Assembly: GCA_038231275.1 (NCBI GenBank)
Contig: JBBRLQ010000001.1
Location: forward strand, 480,001 to 544,000
DNA from: Polyangiales bacterium
Lineage (GTDB): Bacteria > Myxococcota_A > Polyangia > Polyangiales > Polyangiaceae
Reading direction: 5' to 3'
DNA length: 64,000 bases
How positions within the stretch are numbered: position 1 is the first letter of the stretch; each line of letters begins with the position of its first letter. The translations under genes and the position numbers were made by a program. Positions 1 to 9,784 of the stretch are shown one piece after another. The notes under the pieces were generated by a model, which worked only from the letters and a program-made list of their open reading frames with translations, was not told the origin of the DNA and made no database searches.

Positions 1-6
1 TGCCCG

Positions 7-615
7 GTGCGGCCGTCGAAGATCATTTGCATCGGTCGAAACTACGCGGCGCACGCGAAGGAGCTCGGCAACGAGCCACCGAAGGAGCCGCTCCTGTTCT
101 TCAAGCCGCCGAGCGCGCTCATCGGGCCCGGCGACGCGATCGTCCTGCCGCCGAAATCGGACAGCGAGAAGATCGAGCACGAGGCGGAGCTCGGTGTCGT
201 CGTGGGCGCGCGTGGCCGCAACGTCGCGGCGGCCGACGCGATGAGCCTCGTCTTCGGCTACACGTGCGTCGGCGACATCACCGCGCGCGATCTCCAGAAG
301 AAGGACGGCCAGTGGACGCGCGCGAAGGGCTTCGACACCTTCTGCCCGACCGGCCCGTGGATCGAGACCGAGCTCGATCCGGCGAAGAGCCGCGTCATCT
401 GCCGCGTGAACGGCAAGGTGCGGCAAGACGCGCCGACGAGCGACATGCTCTTCGACGTGGCGACGCTCCTCGCTTACGCCAGCCGCGTGATGACGCTCGA
501 GCCTGGCGACCTCTTGGTGACCGGGACACCGGAGGGCGTGGGGCCGCTCATCTCCGGGGACGCTCTCGCGATCGAGGTGGCCGGCGTCGGCGTCCTCGAC
601 GTTCGCGTCGCATGA
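7..615 (+). CDS. Fumarylacetoacetate (FAA) hydrolase family protein
   Basis: [36 protein letters not shown] and [17 protein letters not shown] motifs; the start may lie upstream of the window. Confidence 0.92.
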   Translation: MRPSKIICIGRNYAAHAKELGNEPPKEPLLFFKPPSALIGPGDAIVLPPKSDSEKIEHEAELGVVVGARGRNVAAADAMSLVFGYTCVGDITARDLQKKDGQWTRAKGFDTFCPTGPWIETELDPAKSRVICRVNGKVRQDAPTSDMLFDVATLLAYASRVMTLEPGDLLVTGTPEGVGPLISGDALAIEVAGVGVLDVRVA

Positions 616-1433
616 ACCTGCGCGTGACCGTCGCGGCCGCGCTCGTCGTCGCGGCCGCGGTGGGGGGACTCTGGCTCTTGTCGCGAACGCGGGCCGGGGA
701 CAATTATGTGCAGTGTGCAAATGGCTTCGTCCGCCGCGGCGCGAGGTGCTTGCCCGAGCACGGTTGCCCTGCGCCGCTCGCGTCCACGCCGCGCGGCTGC
801 GACGCGCCCCTCGTCCGCGTGCCGGTGCCCGCCACCGAGCTCGTCGTCGGACCGAGTGATTGGGAGGCCGAGGGGCGCGTCGTGCCGCGCACGATCAACG
901 TGCGCGCCTTCGAGCTCGACGCGTTCGAGGTCACGGTCGGCGCCATCGACCCGCGGGCCACGACCGATTTGGCGCGAGCGGCGAGCGGCATGACGCGCGC
1001 GACGGCCGAAGAGTTCTGCCGCACGGCCCGCGGCGGGCGGCTCCCGACCGACGACGAATGGCTGGCCGCGGCCGCCGGCGCGATCGCCTGGAGGTATCCG
1101 TGGGGGAACACGGGCGCGGTGTGCCGGCGCGCGGCGTGGGGTCTAAGCGTCGGCCCCTGCGCGACCGGAGGCCTCGAGCCCGACACCGTCGGCACGCACC
1201 CCGAAGGCGACACGCCGTCGCACATCCATGATCTGGCAGGAAACGTGGCCGAATGGGTGGCCGGCACCGCGGTCGTCTCGGAGGGCCGACGCTTCGCCTA
1301 TGCGCGCGGCGGCTCCTATGCGAGCGCGCTCGCGACCGACCTGCGCACATGGAGCTGGCTCGAGCTCGACCCCGCACTCGCCGATGCCCGCGTCGGCTTT
1401 CGCTGCGCCTACGATCCGCCCGCGCCCCACTGA
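612..1433 (+). CDS. FGE-sulfatase / SUMF1-EgtB-PvdO family protein with N-terminal anchor
   Basis: [22 protein letters not shown] and VGFRCA motifs; ATG at 612 overlaps the upstream stop (ATGA). Confidence 0.85.
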   Translation: MNLRVTVAAALVVAAAVGGLWLLSRTRAGDNYVQCANGFVRRGARCLPEHGCPAPLASTPRGCDAPLVRVPVPATELVVGPSDWEAEGRVVPRTINVRAFELDAFEVTVGAIDPRATTDLARAASGMTRATAEEFCRTARGGRLPTDDEWLAAAAGAIAWRYPWGNTGAVCRRAAWGLSVGPCATGGLEPDTVGTHPEGDTPSHIHDLAGNVAEWVAGTAVVSEGRRFAYARGGSYASALATDLRTWSWLELDPALADARVGFRCAYDPPAPH

Positions 1434-1496
1434 CCGCGCGAGGGGTCAGCCGATCGGGCTTGATTTCGGTCCTGGAGTGCTAGGATGGGCGGTCCT

Positions 1497-2729
1497 ATGA
1501 CGTGCGCGGTTCTGTGCATCGGGACCGAGCTCACCCGGGGGGAGCTCGTCAACACCAACTCGGCCTGGCTCGCGTCGGCGCTCACCGACGAAGGCTTCGA
1601 GGTCATCGAGGACGTCGTCGTCGACGACGATCGCACGCGCATCGTCGCGACGCTCCAGCGCCTCGCCAAATCCGTGCGGCTGCTCGTGTGCACGGGAGGC
1701 CTCGGCCCGACGACCGACGATCTCACGACCGAGGCCGTCGCTACCGCGATCGGCGCGCGTCTCGTCCGTGACGACGCGTCGCTCGAGGCGATCCGCCGCC
1801 GCTTCGAGAAGGCCGGCCGCACGATGACGGAGTCCAACGCCAAACAGGCCGAATTCCCCGAGGGCGCCGAGATCCTGCCGAACCCCGTCGGCACCGCGCC
1901 CGGCTTCTCCGTGACGATCGGCGAGTGCCGCGCCTTCTTCATGCCCGGCGTCCCGCGGGAGATGACGAGGATGTTCGACGAGCAAATCATCCCGCGCGTC
2001 CGCTCGCTCGCTCCGCGCACCAGCTACCAGCTGCGCCTCCGCACGTTCGGCCTCCCCGAGAGCGCAGTCGGCGAGCGCCTCACCGGGATCGAATCCGCGT
2101 TTCCAGGGGTCACCGTCGGCTACCGCGCGCACTTTCCCGAGATCGAAGTGAAGGTCCTCGCGCGCGCCCCCGCCCAAGCCGCCGCGCGCGATCTATGCGA
2201 GCGCGCGACCGTGGTGGTGAAGGGACGGCTCGCCGACGTCATCTACGGCGAGGGCGAGGACACGTTCGCCGGCGTCCTCGGCCGGCAGCTCCGCACGAAG
2301 GGCTACACGCTCGCGATCGCGGAGTCGTGCACCGGGGGCCTCGTCGGCCACATGCTCACGCGCGAGCCGGGCGCGAGCGATTTCCTGCTCGTCGACGCGG
2401 TCACCTACGCGAACAGCGCCAAGACGCGCATCCTCGGCGTCGAAGAAGACGCGCTGCGCGGGCACGGCGCGGTCAGCCCCGAGGTCGCCGCCGCGATGGC
2501 CGAGGGCGTCAAGCGCGTCTCCGGCGCCGACATCGCCCTCGCGCTCACCGGCGTCGCGGGCCCCACCGGCGGCAGCGCGGAGAAGCCGGTCGGTACCGTC
2601 TTCGTCGCGGTCGCGGCGGCGGGCGCCACCACCGTCAAGGAGCGACACTTCGCCGGCGATCGGCACCAGATACAGACCCTCGCGGCGTACGCGGGCCTGC
2701 ACCTGGTGCGTCAGGTCTGCCTTTCCTGA
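1497..2729 (+). CDS. cinA: Competence/damage-inducible protein A (MoCF domain + PncC NMN deamidase)
   Basis: IGTELTRGELVNTNS, GGLGPTTDDLT, AESCTGG and TGVAGPTGG motifs. Confidence 0.95.
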   Translation: MTCAVLCIGTELTRGELVNTNSAWLASALTDEGFEVIEDVVVDDDRTRIVATLQRLAKSVRLLVCTGGLGPTTDDLTTEAVATAIGARLVRDDASLEAIRRRFEKAGRTMTESNAKQAEFPEGAEILPNPVGTAPGFSVTIGECRAFFMPGVPREMTRMFDEQIIPRVRSLAPRTSYQLRLRTFGLPESAVGERLTGIESAFPGVTVGYRAHFPEIEVKVLARAPAQAAARDLCERATVVVKGRLADVIYGEGEDTFAGVLGRQLRTKGYTLAIAESCTGGLVGHMLTREPGASDFLLVDAVTYANSAKTRILGVEEDALRGHGAVSPEVAAAMAEGVKRVSGADIALALTGVAGPTGGSAEKPVGTVFVAVAAAGATTVKERHFAGDRHQIQTLAAYAGLHLVRQVCLS

Positions 2730-2780
2730 TCGGAAGATGATCGGAAGATGATCGGAAGATGATCGGAAGATGATCGGAAG
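2727..2780 (+). repeat. 11-bp tandem repeat (TGATCGGAAGA), about 5 copies
   Basis: Four exact copies plus a 10/11 partial copy, starting at the cinA stop codon. Confidence 0.95.
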
Positions 2781-2797
2781 CGACCCGGCGGATCGTC

Positions 2798-3466
2798 TCA
2801 GCCCGCCGCAAACGCCGCGGTCAGCTTGCCAAGCGCGCCCGTCGCGAGCGCGGGGATCCCGGTGATCTTCTTCTGCGTGTCGGCGACCGACACGTTGATG
2901 TCGGCCTTCACCTTCTCGAGGTTGTCGAGATCGGCCTTCGCCTTCGCCTTGCCGTCGGCGCTGCCGAACGGGTTCGACATCGTGGCCGTCGCGCCCGTGC
3001 TCACCTTCGTCGCGAGCAGCGGCACTTTGGCCGTCACGACCGCGAGCCTCTTGGTGAGCGCCGCGACCTTGTCGGGCGTCGCCTTGAGGGCGATGACGAT
3101 CTCGTTCAGCTGCTTCAGCGTCGCCTCGAGCTCCGCCTTCGCTTCGGCGGTGACGTTGCCGTCCACCTTCACGTCGACCTTGCCGTTGTCGAAGGTGCCC
3201 TTCGCCATGCCCATCACCGCGCCGGCGCTCATGCCGAGGCGCTTCGGCATGCTCGTGAGCTTGTCGATGACGACCTGCGTGTCCTCGATCGGCTTCGTGA
3301 GCCCCTTTACATCGGCATCGAGATCGACCTGGATGCCCTTCAGCTCGTCCATCGGGCCGAGGTCGGCCTTCGTCGACTCCGCGCTCGAGGCCTCCTTGTT
3401 GCTGCCCCCGCACGCGATTCCCACCATCGACAGACCAAGCGCGATTCCCACCACGATAGAACGCAT
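2798..3466 (-). CDS. Helical lipoprotein of unknown function
   Basis: Signal MRSIVVGIALGLSMVGIAC (lipobox); GGAGAGG RBS upstream; Lys/Ala-rich helical body. Confidence 0.8.
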   Translation of the reverse strand: MRSIVVGIALGLSMVGIACGGSNKEASSAESTKADLGPMDELKGIQVDLDADVKGLTKPIEDTQVVIDKLTSMPKRLGMSAGAVMGMAKGTFDNGKVDVKVDGNVTAEAKAELEATLKQLNEIVIALKATPDKVAALTKRLAVVTAKVPLLATKVSTGATATMSNPFGSADGKAKAKADLDNLEKVKADINVSVADTQKKITGIPALATGALGKLTAAFAAG

Positions 3467-3504
3467 ATTCCACCTCTCCAGGTTTTCGAGACGCACGCGC
3501 CATC

Positions 3505-3519
3505 GCAAGGCACGTGCCC
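3505..3519 (-). promoter_or_regulatory. Putative sigma-54 promoter for the lipoprotein gene at 3466
   Basis: Minus strand GGGCACGTGCCTTGC matches the GG-N10-GC / GGCAC-N5-TTGC consensus, about 40 bp upstream of the ATG. Confidence 0.65.
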
Positions 3520-3636
3520 CACGAAAACCGCACGAGAAACGCGCACCCTACAGCTCGACCATGGGTGTTGTGAGACCCAACTAGGCTGTTTTTTCGGGTC
3601 TCTCGTCGCTCTTTCGCGGCGCGGCCGACGAGGTCC

Positions 3637-4755
3637 TCAGCGAGTCTCGATCGCCGCCAGGCCGCCGGCGACGAACCGGTAGAAGGTTTTGTGATCGAAC
3701 CCAGTCCACGCACGCTTGGCGGCGGTGGTGTGGCCGACCTCGGCCAAGTGGTCGGCCGGCACGCAGCCCATGAAGCGCGCGCCGGGCAGGCCTTTCGCGC
3801 TCGCGACCGTCGCCATGCCGTCGTTCGGCTCGCCGGAGAAGAAGTGCCCGGTCACGTCGTGCGCGGCGTCGAGGATCACGTCGGTGGAGAACGCGCGGTT
3901 CTGGAACGCGAACGTCGCGCTTCCGCAGTCGACGGGCATCGCCTTCGTGATGCGCTCGGGATGGAAGGGATGAAGGACGACGTTGGGGTTCTCGCTCACG
4001 CCGGCCCACGCGAAGTACGCGACGTCCGGATCGGCGGGATGGGACGCGGCGAAGGCGTCGGCGTTCGCCTCCGAGAGATCGTGGAGCGCCGCCTCGACGT
4101 GCGGATCGGAGACCAGCTCCTCCTTCGTGAACGTCCTCCCGATCAGGCCGGCGAGCTTGTCGAGATCCGACACCGCGATCGCCTCGAGCGTCGGATGCTC
4201 CTTGAACGCGCCGATCATCGACAGGCCGAAGTCCGCGATGTTCGTCCCACGGTTCGGCGTCGATACGGTCGTGAGCGAGACGACGCGCGGCAATCCCTCG
4301 CGCGCCGCGGCGCTCGGCGGGTGCAGGCGAATGTACTCGCGCGCGTGCAGGCCCCCGAAGGAGTGCGCGATGACGTGAACGCCGCTCGCGTCGCAGCCGG
4401 CGATCGCCTCGCACTGCGCCTTCACGCGACGCAGCGTCGTCTCCATCGTCGCCGCGCGCGCCGCCGCGCCGTCGAAGGGCTGCACTTCGTCGGCCACCAC
4501 AAGCACGTGACCGGCCGCCGTGAGATCCGCGACGACGCCGTCGAACTTCCAAATGCTCGACGCCTCCGCCGACGCCGCGAAGCCGTGCTCGAGGACGATC
4601 GGGAACTTCGTGACGCCCGCGGGCACCTGCCCTTCGAACAGCGTCTTGGCCGCGGTCACCACCGCCTCGTCCCCCTGCTCGGCGTTGCCCGCAGGCGCAG
4701 CTCCGCAGGCGGCGGTCATGAGAAGAGGGAGGAGCGAGAGGAGGGAGCGGCGCAT
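3637..4755 (-). CDS. Secreted lipase / alpha-beta hydrolase lipoprotein
   Basis: Lipobox TAAC; PIVLEHGF, AHSFGG nucleophile elbow, STPNRGT, NDG and DHLAEVG motifs. Confidence 0.85.
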   Translation of the reverse strand: MRRSLLSLLPLLMTAACGAAPAGNAEQGDEAVVTAAKTLFEGQVPAGVTKFPIVLEHGFAASAEASSIWKFDGVVADLTAAGHVLVVADEVQPFDGAAARAATMETTLRRVKAQCEAIAGCDASGVHVIAHSFGGLHAREYIRLHPPSAAAREGLPRVVSLTTVSTPNRGTNIADFGLSMIGAFKEHPTLEAIAVSDLDKLAGLIGRTFTKEELVSDPHVEAALHDLSEANADAFAASHPADPDVAYFAWAGVSENPNVVLHPFHPERITKAMPVDCGSATFAFQNRAFSTDVILDAAHDVTGHFFSGEPNDGMATVASAKGLPGARFMGCVPADHLAEVGHTTAAKRAWTGFDHKTFYRFVAGGLAAIETR

Positions 4756-4864
4756 GGCGCACATGTAAGCAAAGGTCGCACCTGCTCCAACTGATGGAAA
4801 TGACGCCACTACGTCGCGGCGAGGCGGATCTTTCCGGTGCGGTCGATCCAGGAGGCGCGCGGCG

Positions 4865-6241
4865 CTACGGGTTCTTCGCGACCTCCCGCGCCCACGCCTT
4901 CGCGGTCGCGCAGGTCCCGGCCGCCGTCGATTTGGCGGCGATCGTGGCCGGCCCCGCGACGATGACGAGCTCGCGTCCGTCGCGGTGCACGGCGAGCGGC
5001 CCGAGGTCGGCGCGTTCCACGCAGACGAATCCGCTCTCGCGCTTCGCGGTGCCGAGCTTGCCGAGCCCCGCGCCGACGGATTGGAACGCGCGCTCCGCCA
5101 GGGCGTCCTTCGTCGCGCCGGCGCTCGCGTCGTACCTCACATGCACGGCGATCGCGGTCTTCCCGCCGCCGGTCCAGATCGCGCCACGATCGCCGCCCCA
5201 TCCTGCGGCGGCCGACTTCGCCTCGTCGCGCATCATCCACTCCTCGAACATGAGGCGCATCTGCTGCTCGCCGTACGTGTCCTCGTCGACCATCGAAAAC
5301 CCCTGACCGAGCGCCGCCGCCGTCGGGCGTGCCACCGCGATCGCCGGCTCCTTCTTGAGCCACTTGTCCGGGTGGAGCATCTGCTCGGTCGTCTCCGGCA
5401 GGTGCTCCCACGCGTCGTTCACCGCCGCCCACCCGCCGGCGCGTCGCAGGCGGTTGATGAAGACGAGGCCATCGACGTACGGCGCCACAAGCGACGTTCG
5501 CATGATGTGGGGCGCACGCGCCGAGTCGCCGGTGTTCATCGAGCCGATCACCTGCTCGGTGAACACCTCCTCCGGCACGTCGAGCGCGGTCCGCGACGGA
5601 TCCATCTTCGAGACGATGTAGTCGGCCATCGCGCTCGTCGCGTCCCCTTCTGCCATCGCCGCGAGGGCGCCCGAGCGATCGCTCTCGCCCGGCTTGTACT
5701 TGCTGCGCTTCTTCAGATCCCAGTGCTGATCCTGAAGCGCGTGCACGAGCTCGTGCGCCAAGGTCGCCTCCGCGTTCATGCCGTCGAGATCGGAGGCCAT
5801 GTACATCGTGCCGTCCTCCGGCTCGTAGTACCCCGCGAGCTGCGACTCGAGCAGCGCGAACATCTCCTTGCCGTAGTCGAAGTCGTTCGGCACGAAGCCG
5901 AGGAGCTTGAGCGTCGCCCCCTCTCGCTCGATCGCCTCGGGCGGAATCTCCACGGAGACGTGCTGCTTCACGCGAAGGATGAGCTGATCGCGCGCGAGGA
6001 TCTTTCCCGGCACCTCGCGCGTCGCCGCCAAGCCACGAAGCTGCGTCACCCGCTCCAGCGTGCGCGCGACGAGCTTCAGCTGCTTCGCGTCGGCCCGAGT
6101 CGGCGTCGGAGTCGGCGTCGGAGTCGGAGTCGGCGTCGGCGTCGGAGTCGACGTCGGAGTCGGCGTCGGAGTCGACGTCGGAGTCGGAGTCGACGCACAC
6201 GCCGTGAGGAGCGCGGCCGCAAGCAGGAGCGCGCGGGTCAT
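4865..6241 (-). CDS. Putative zinc metallopeptidase lipoprotein (HExxH) with Thr-Pro linker
   Basis: Lipobox LTAC; (TP)n linker; HELVHALQDQH and EGDAT motifs. Confidence 0.8.
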   Translation of the reverse strand: MTRALLLAAALLTACASTPTPTSTPTPTPTSTPTPTPTPTPTPTPTPTRADAKQLKLVARTLERVTQLRGLAATREVPGKILARDQLILRVKQHVSVEIPPEAIEREGATLKLLGFVPNDFDYGKEMFALLESQLAGYYEPEDGTMYMASDLDGMNAEATLAHELVHALQDQHWDLKKRSKYKPGESDRSGALAAMAEGDATSAMADYIVSKMDPSRTALDVPEEVFTEQVIGSMNTGDSARAPHIMRTSLVAPYVDGLVFINRLRRAGGWAAVNDAWEHLPETTEQMLHPDKWLKKEPAIAVARPTAAALGQGFSMVDEDTYGEQQMRLMFEEWMMRDEAKSAAAGWGGDRGAIWTGGGKTAIAVHVRYDASAGATKDALAERAFQSVGAGLGKLGTAKRESGFVCVERADLGPLAVHRDGRELVIVAGPATIAAKSTAAGTCATAKAWAREVAKNP

Positions 6242-6927
6242 GTGCCGCCGCCTTCGCGCGCGCCTGCGTTACCTTCGGCGCGCAGCGACGCGATCGCCTC
6301 CGCGTAGCCCTTGGGGTGCGTGAAGATCGCGTTGCCTGCGACGAGCGCGCGGGCGCCGGCCTTGGTCGCGGCGCGGACGGTCTTGTCGCTGATGCCGCCG
6401 TCGATCTCGAGATCGATCGGGCGCTTCTCGGCGTCGATCATCGCGCGGATCTTGGTGACCTTCGGCAAGACCTCCGGCAAGAACGACTGCCCGCCGAATC
6501 CCGGGTTGACGCTCATCACGAGGATCAGGTCCACGAGGCCCATCACGTAGCGAAGCGTCTCCTCGCTCGTGCCTGGGTTGAGCACGACGCCCGCGCGTTT
6601 CTTGAGCGAGCGAATGTGCTGCAGCGTCCTGTGAAGATGCGTGCACGCCTCGACGTGGACCGTGATCGTGTCCGCGCCGGCGTCGGCGAACGCGTCGACG
6701 TATTTCTCGGGCTCGACGATCATGAGGTGCACGTCGAAGGGGAGCTTCGTCGCGCCGCGGATCGCCTTCACGATCGGAGGTCCAATCGTGAGGTTGGGTA
6801 CGAAGCGTCCGTCCATCACGTCGACGTGGATCCAATCGGCGCCCGCCTTCTCGACCGCGGCGATCTCCTCGCCGAGGCGCCCAAAATCCGCCGACAGGAT
6901 GCTCGGCGCGATGATCACGTCGCTCAC
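6238..6927 (-). CDS. rpe: Ribulose-phosphate 3-epimerase
   Basis: IAPSILSADF, HVDVMDGRFVPN, MSVNPGFGGQ and IDGGI motifs. Confidence 0.97.
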   Translation of the reverse strand: MSDVIIAPSILSADFGRLGEEIAAVEKAGADWIHVDVMDGRFVPNLTIGPPIVKAIRGATKLPFDVHLMIVEPEKYVDAFADAGADTITVHVEACTHLHRTLQHIRSLKKRAGVVLNPGTSEETLRYVMGLVDLILVMSVNPGFGGQSFLPEVLPKVTKIRAMIDAEKRPIDLEIDGGISDKTVRAATKAGARALVAGNAIFTHPKGYAEAIASLRAEGNAGAREGGGT

Positions 6928-7024
6928 TCTTGAAACCTCCGCGCGAGAGCGTGCGGGCCCTTCCCGCCGACGTCAAGAACACCCTAGGCCAAGCGACGAG
7001 AATCGGTATCCTGGGGTGAGAGCG

Positions 7025-7474
7025 ATGGAAACCAGGCCGTGCACGAAGGCGCACTTCGACGAGATCGTCGAGGTCATCGATCGCTGGTGGGGCGGGCCGA
7101 TCAGCACGTTCGCGCACCCGATCTTCTTCTACGAAATCGGCGACGCCGCGCTCGTGGTGGTCGAGGACGGGCAGATGATCGGCTTCCTCCTGGGCTTCAT
7201 CGCGCACCAGCCGGTGAAGACGGGCTACGTCCACCTCGTCGGCATCCACCCCGACTTCCGCAGGCGCGGCGTCGGCCGCCTCCTCTACGCCAAGTTCAGC
7301 GAAGCGAGCGAGCGCGCTCAATGTGTGCGCATGAAGGCGATCACGACGCTCGGCAACGAGGGGTCGCGGCGCTTCCACATCGCCCTCGGCTGGCAAGAGG
7401 AAGAGGTGGACGACTATGCCGGACCCGGAAGGCGTCGAATCGTCTTCACGAAGGACCTCGGCGTGCGAAACTAG
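7025..7474 (+). CDS. GNAT family N-acetyltransferase
   Basis: HPDFRRRGVGRLL acetyl-CoA motif; NEGSRRFH. Confidence 0.88.
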   Translation: METRPCTKAHFDEIVEVIDRWWGGPISTFAHPIFFYEIGDAALVVVEDGQMIGFLLGFIAHQPVKTGYVHLVGIHPDFRRRGVGRLLYAKFSEASERAQCVRMKAITTLGNEGSRRFHIALGWQEEEVDDYAGPGRRRIVFTKDLGVRN

Positions 7475-7525
7475 CTTCACCTGCGTAGTCCTCGTTGCCG
7501 CGGCACTTTGGGAGGTCGACTCCGG

Positions 7526-8410
7526 ATGCGACGCGCCACGTACCCGCTCTCGCTGATCTGCGCATCGGTCGTCGCCGCGCTCGTCGGGGCGTGCGCGCAT
7601 GGGCCGGTCGCCGCGACGGACACCTCCGACGAGACGCAGGGAGACGCGGCCGGTCACGTCACGGACGGCGCGGTCTCGCACGAGGCCGCGACGCCGGAAG
7701 AGGAAGGCGGTGCCGACGCGCGCGTGATCGATCCGCTCGACGCGTCTCCGTTCCCGTCCCCTCCGCCCCCGCCTCCCGTCGACGCCGCGCCGCCTGTCGA
7801 CGCGTCCACGTGCACGCGCGTCGGGCCTGGTCAGGCCTGCGGCGTCGCGCCGCAATGCGGGTGCTCGGCCAACCAAACGTGCGACCTCAACGGCACCGGC
7901 GACTCTTCGTGCGTCGGTCCCGCGGGGCTCGGCGTCGCCGGGAACCACTGCGTGAACGCCGCCGCGTGCCAAGTTGGGCTCACCTGCGGCTACGGCCAGT
8001 CGTGCCGTCCCTTCTGCAAGACACCCGGTCAGGCGTGCGGCGGCTCGAAGCTCGGAACGTGCATCCAGCTCAAAGATCGCAACGGCGGCGCCGTCCCGAA
8101 TTTCTTCGTCTGCGAGATCACGTGCCAGCTCCAGGACCCGAGCTCGTGCGGGTTCGGCTCGGGATGCTTCCAGAGCTCCGTCACCGCGGGCGCGTCGGAC
8201 TGCTACTCCGCGGGCACCAAGGGCCTGAACCAAGTCTGCGTCTACGCCGACGACTGCCAGGCGGGCTACGGCTGCGTCGGGTTCGGCGGCGGCACGTACC
8301 GCTGCAAAAACTGGTGCCGCGTAGGCCAGAGCGACTGCGGCGGCACGACGTGCGCCGGCTTTAGTCCCGCGCTCGTCGTCAACGGCGTAAGCTACGGCAC
8401 CTGTCCTTGA
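7526..8410 (+). CDS. Cys-rich secreted lipoprotein
   Basis: GGAGG RBS; lipobox VGAC; Pro/Asp-Ala linker; more than 20 Cys in the C-terminal domain. Confidence 0.8.
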   Translation: MRRATYPLSLICASVVAALVGACAHGPVAATDTSDETQGDAAGHVTDGAVSHEAATPEEEGGADARVIDPLDASPFPSPPPPPPVDAAPPVDASTCTRVGPGQACGVAPQCGCSANQTCDLNGTGDSSCVGPAGLGVAGNHCVNAAACQVGLTCGYGQSCRPFCKTPGQACGGSKLGTCIQLKDRNGGAVPNFFVCEITCQLQDPSSCGFGSGCFQSSVTAGASDCYSAGTKGLNQVCVYADDCQAGYGCVGFGGGTYRCKNWCRVGQSDCGGTTCAGFSPALVVNGVSYGTCP

Positions 8411-8414
8411 ACCC

Positions 8415-8963
8415 ATGAGCACGCCCAAACCCAATCCGCCGCCCGCCGCGGGTCCGAAGAAGGATCCTCCGGTGGACCTTGCGCAGCTTCGTGACATCGG
8501 GCTCTTCGGCGCCCTCTCCGACGAGGTGCTCGAGCACCTCCTCAAGACGCTCCACGAGAAGCGCGTCGGCGCGGGGGAGATGGTCTTTCGCGAGGGCGAT
8601 CCCGCGCGCGAGATGTACGTCGTGCTCGCCGGCGAGATGGAGGTGCTCAAGAAGAGCCGCCGCGGACGCGATCAGCGCGTCGCGATCCTCGGCCCCAACG
8701 ACACCTTCGGTGAGATGAGCGTCATCGACATGCAGGCGCGCTCGGCGACGGTTCGCGCGCTCGCGCCGTCGCGCGTCCTCCGCATGTCGACGGAGGACAT
8801 GGACGCGCTCTATCGCTTCGACTTGAAGAGCTACGCGCTCATCGTCCTGAACCTCGCGCGCGACATGTCACGACGCCTTCGCGTGACGGACGGCATCCTC
8901 GCGGACTTCACGGCGAGCGTCCTCGACGAGTACGTGCCCGGCAACGGCGGCCAGAAAAAGTAG
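8415..8963 (+). CDS. Stand-alone cyclic nucleotide-binding domain protein
   Basis: VFREGDPAREMYVVLAGEMEV and FGEMSVIDMQARSATV motifs; no obvious HTH. Confidence 0.9.
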   Translation: MSTPKPNPPPAAGPKKDPPVDLAQLRDIGLFGALSDEVLEHLLKTLHEKRVGAGEMVFREGDPAREMYVVLAGEMEVLKKSRRGRDQRVAILGPNDTFGEMSVIDMQARSATVRALAPSRVLRMSTEDMDALYRFDLKSYALIVLNLARDMSRRLRVTDGILADFTASVLDEYVPGNGGQKK

Positions 8964-8965
8964 CC

Positions 8966-9313
8966 TCAGCCGCCGTCGTCGCTCGCGTCGGTCGCGCCGT
9001 CGTCGTTCGCGTCGTTCGCGTCGCTCGCGTCGGTCGATCCGTCGCTTGCGCCATCGAGCCCGCCCTCGCTGGGGGGCGGCGCGCTGTCCGTGGCGCCGGA
9101 GTCGCTGATCGCGCCGGACGAGCCGGACGAGCCGCTGCTGCTCCCCCCGCCGGACGAGCCGCTGCTGCCCGGGCCCGTGGTGCTGTCACGGAAGTCTCCC
9201 GCATCTGTGGCGAGAGCCCCTTCCGGCGGGAGCGGCTGCGGGTTCACGGTGCAGGCGACGCCGAGCGCCGTCCCCAGCGCGAGGAAAATCGTGAGCGATA
9301 CGGTGCGTCGCAT
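8966..9313 (-). CDS. Small low-complexity lipoprotein with NPQPLPP motif
   Basis: MRRTVSLTIFLALGTALGVAC-TVNPQPLPPE followed by an S/G/D/A-rich tail; ATG coupled to the upstream TGA. Confidence 0.75.
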   Translation of the reverse strand: MRRTVSLTIFLALGTALGVACTVNPQPLPPEGALATDAGDFRDSTTGPGSSGSSGGGSSSGSSGSSGAISDSGATDSAPPPSEGGLDGASDGSTDASDANDANDDGATDASDDGG

Positions 9314-9669
9314 CAACCGTCCTCCGGTGCGTCGTTCGGTGAGTCGGCGGCGGCGTCGTTCGAAGCGTCCGCGCCCGCGTCGTTGCCCGCGCCGTCCGCG
9401 TCGCCGCCGGCGTCGGACACGGTCCCGATGCCCCCGTCGGCCCCGCCATCGTCCCGCGGGGGCGATGGGGTCGCGGCGTCGTTGCCGAACTGCGTGGAGC
9501 CGCCGTCGCTGCCGGAGTTGTCCTTGCCGCCGCTGGGGTCGTTGAGCGACTCGGGGGGCAAGGGCTGCGGGTTGACGATGCACGCCGCAGCCGCCGCCGC
9601 CGCGCCTGCGAGCACGACGATGCTGGCGAGGAGGCGCCAGGACAGGGCAGTGGGGAGGCGGAAACTCAT
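9313..9669 (-). CDS. Small low-complexity lipoprotein with NPQPLPP motif
   Basis: Signal ending AAAC-IVNPQPLPPE followed by a D/G/A-rich tail. Confidence 0.75.
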   Translation of the reverse strand: MSFRLPTALSWRLLASIVVLAGAAAAAAACIVNPQPLPPESLNDPSGGKDNSGSDGGSTQFGNDAATPSPPRDDGGADGGIGTVSDAGGDADGAGNDAGADASNDAAADSPNDAPEDG

Positions 9670-9689
9670 CGGCTCGGATCTCTATGCAA

Positions 9690-9704
9690 GCACCGTGGAT
9701 GCCA
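9690..9704 (-). promoter_or_regulatory. Possible sigma-54 promoter for the NPQPLPP lipoprotein pair
   Basis: Minus strand TGGCATCCACGGTGC fits GG-N10-GC, about 20 bp upstream of the ATG at 9669. Confidence 0.4.
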
Positions 9705-9784
9705 TCACAAAAACCGCGAAAAATCCTCAGATTCGGCGCTAGAAGGCACGACAGACCGCGACAGGCGAGGTAGAACGGCCCACC

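Noticed and set aside
2727-2780. Tandem repeat as a CRISPR array
   Set aside because: 11-bp units with no spacers, and no cas genes in the window.
6095-6195. (GAGTCG/GCGTCG)n repeat as a non-coding satellite
   Set aside because: It encodes the in-frame Thr-Pro linker of the metallopeptidase lipoprotein.
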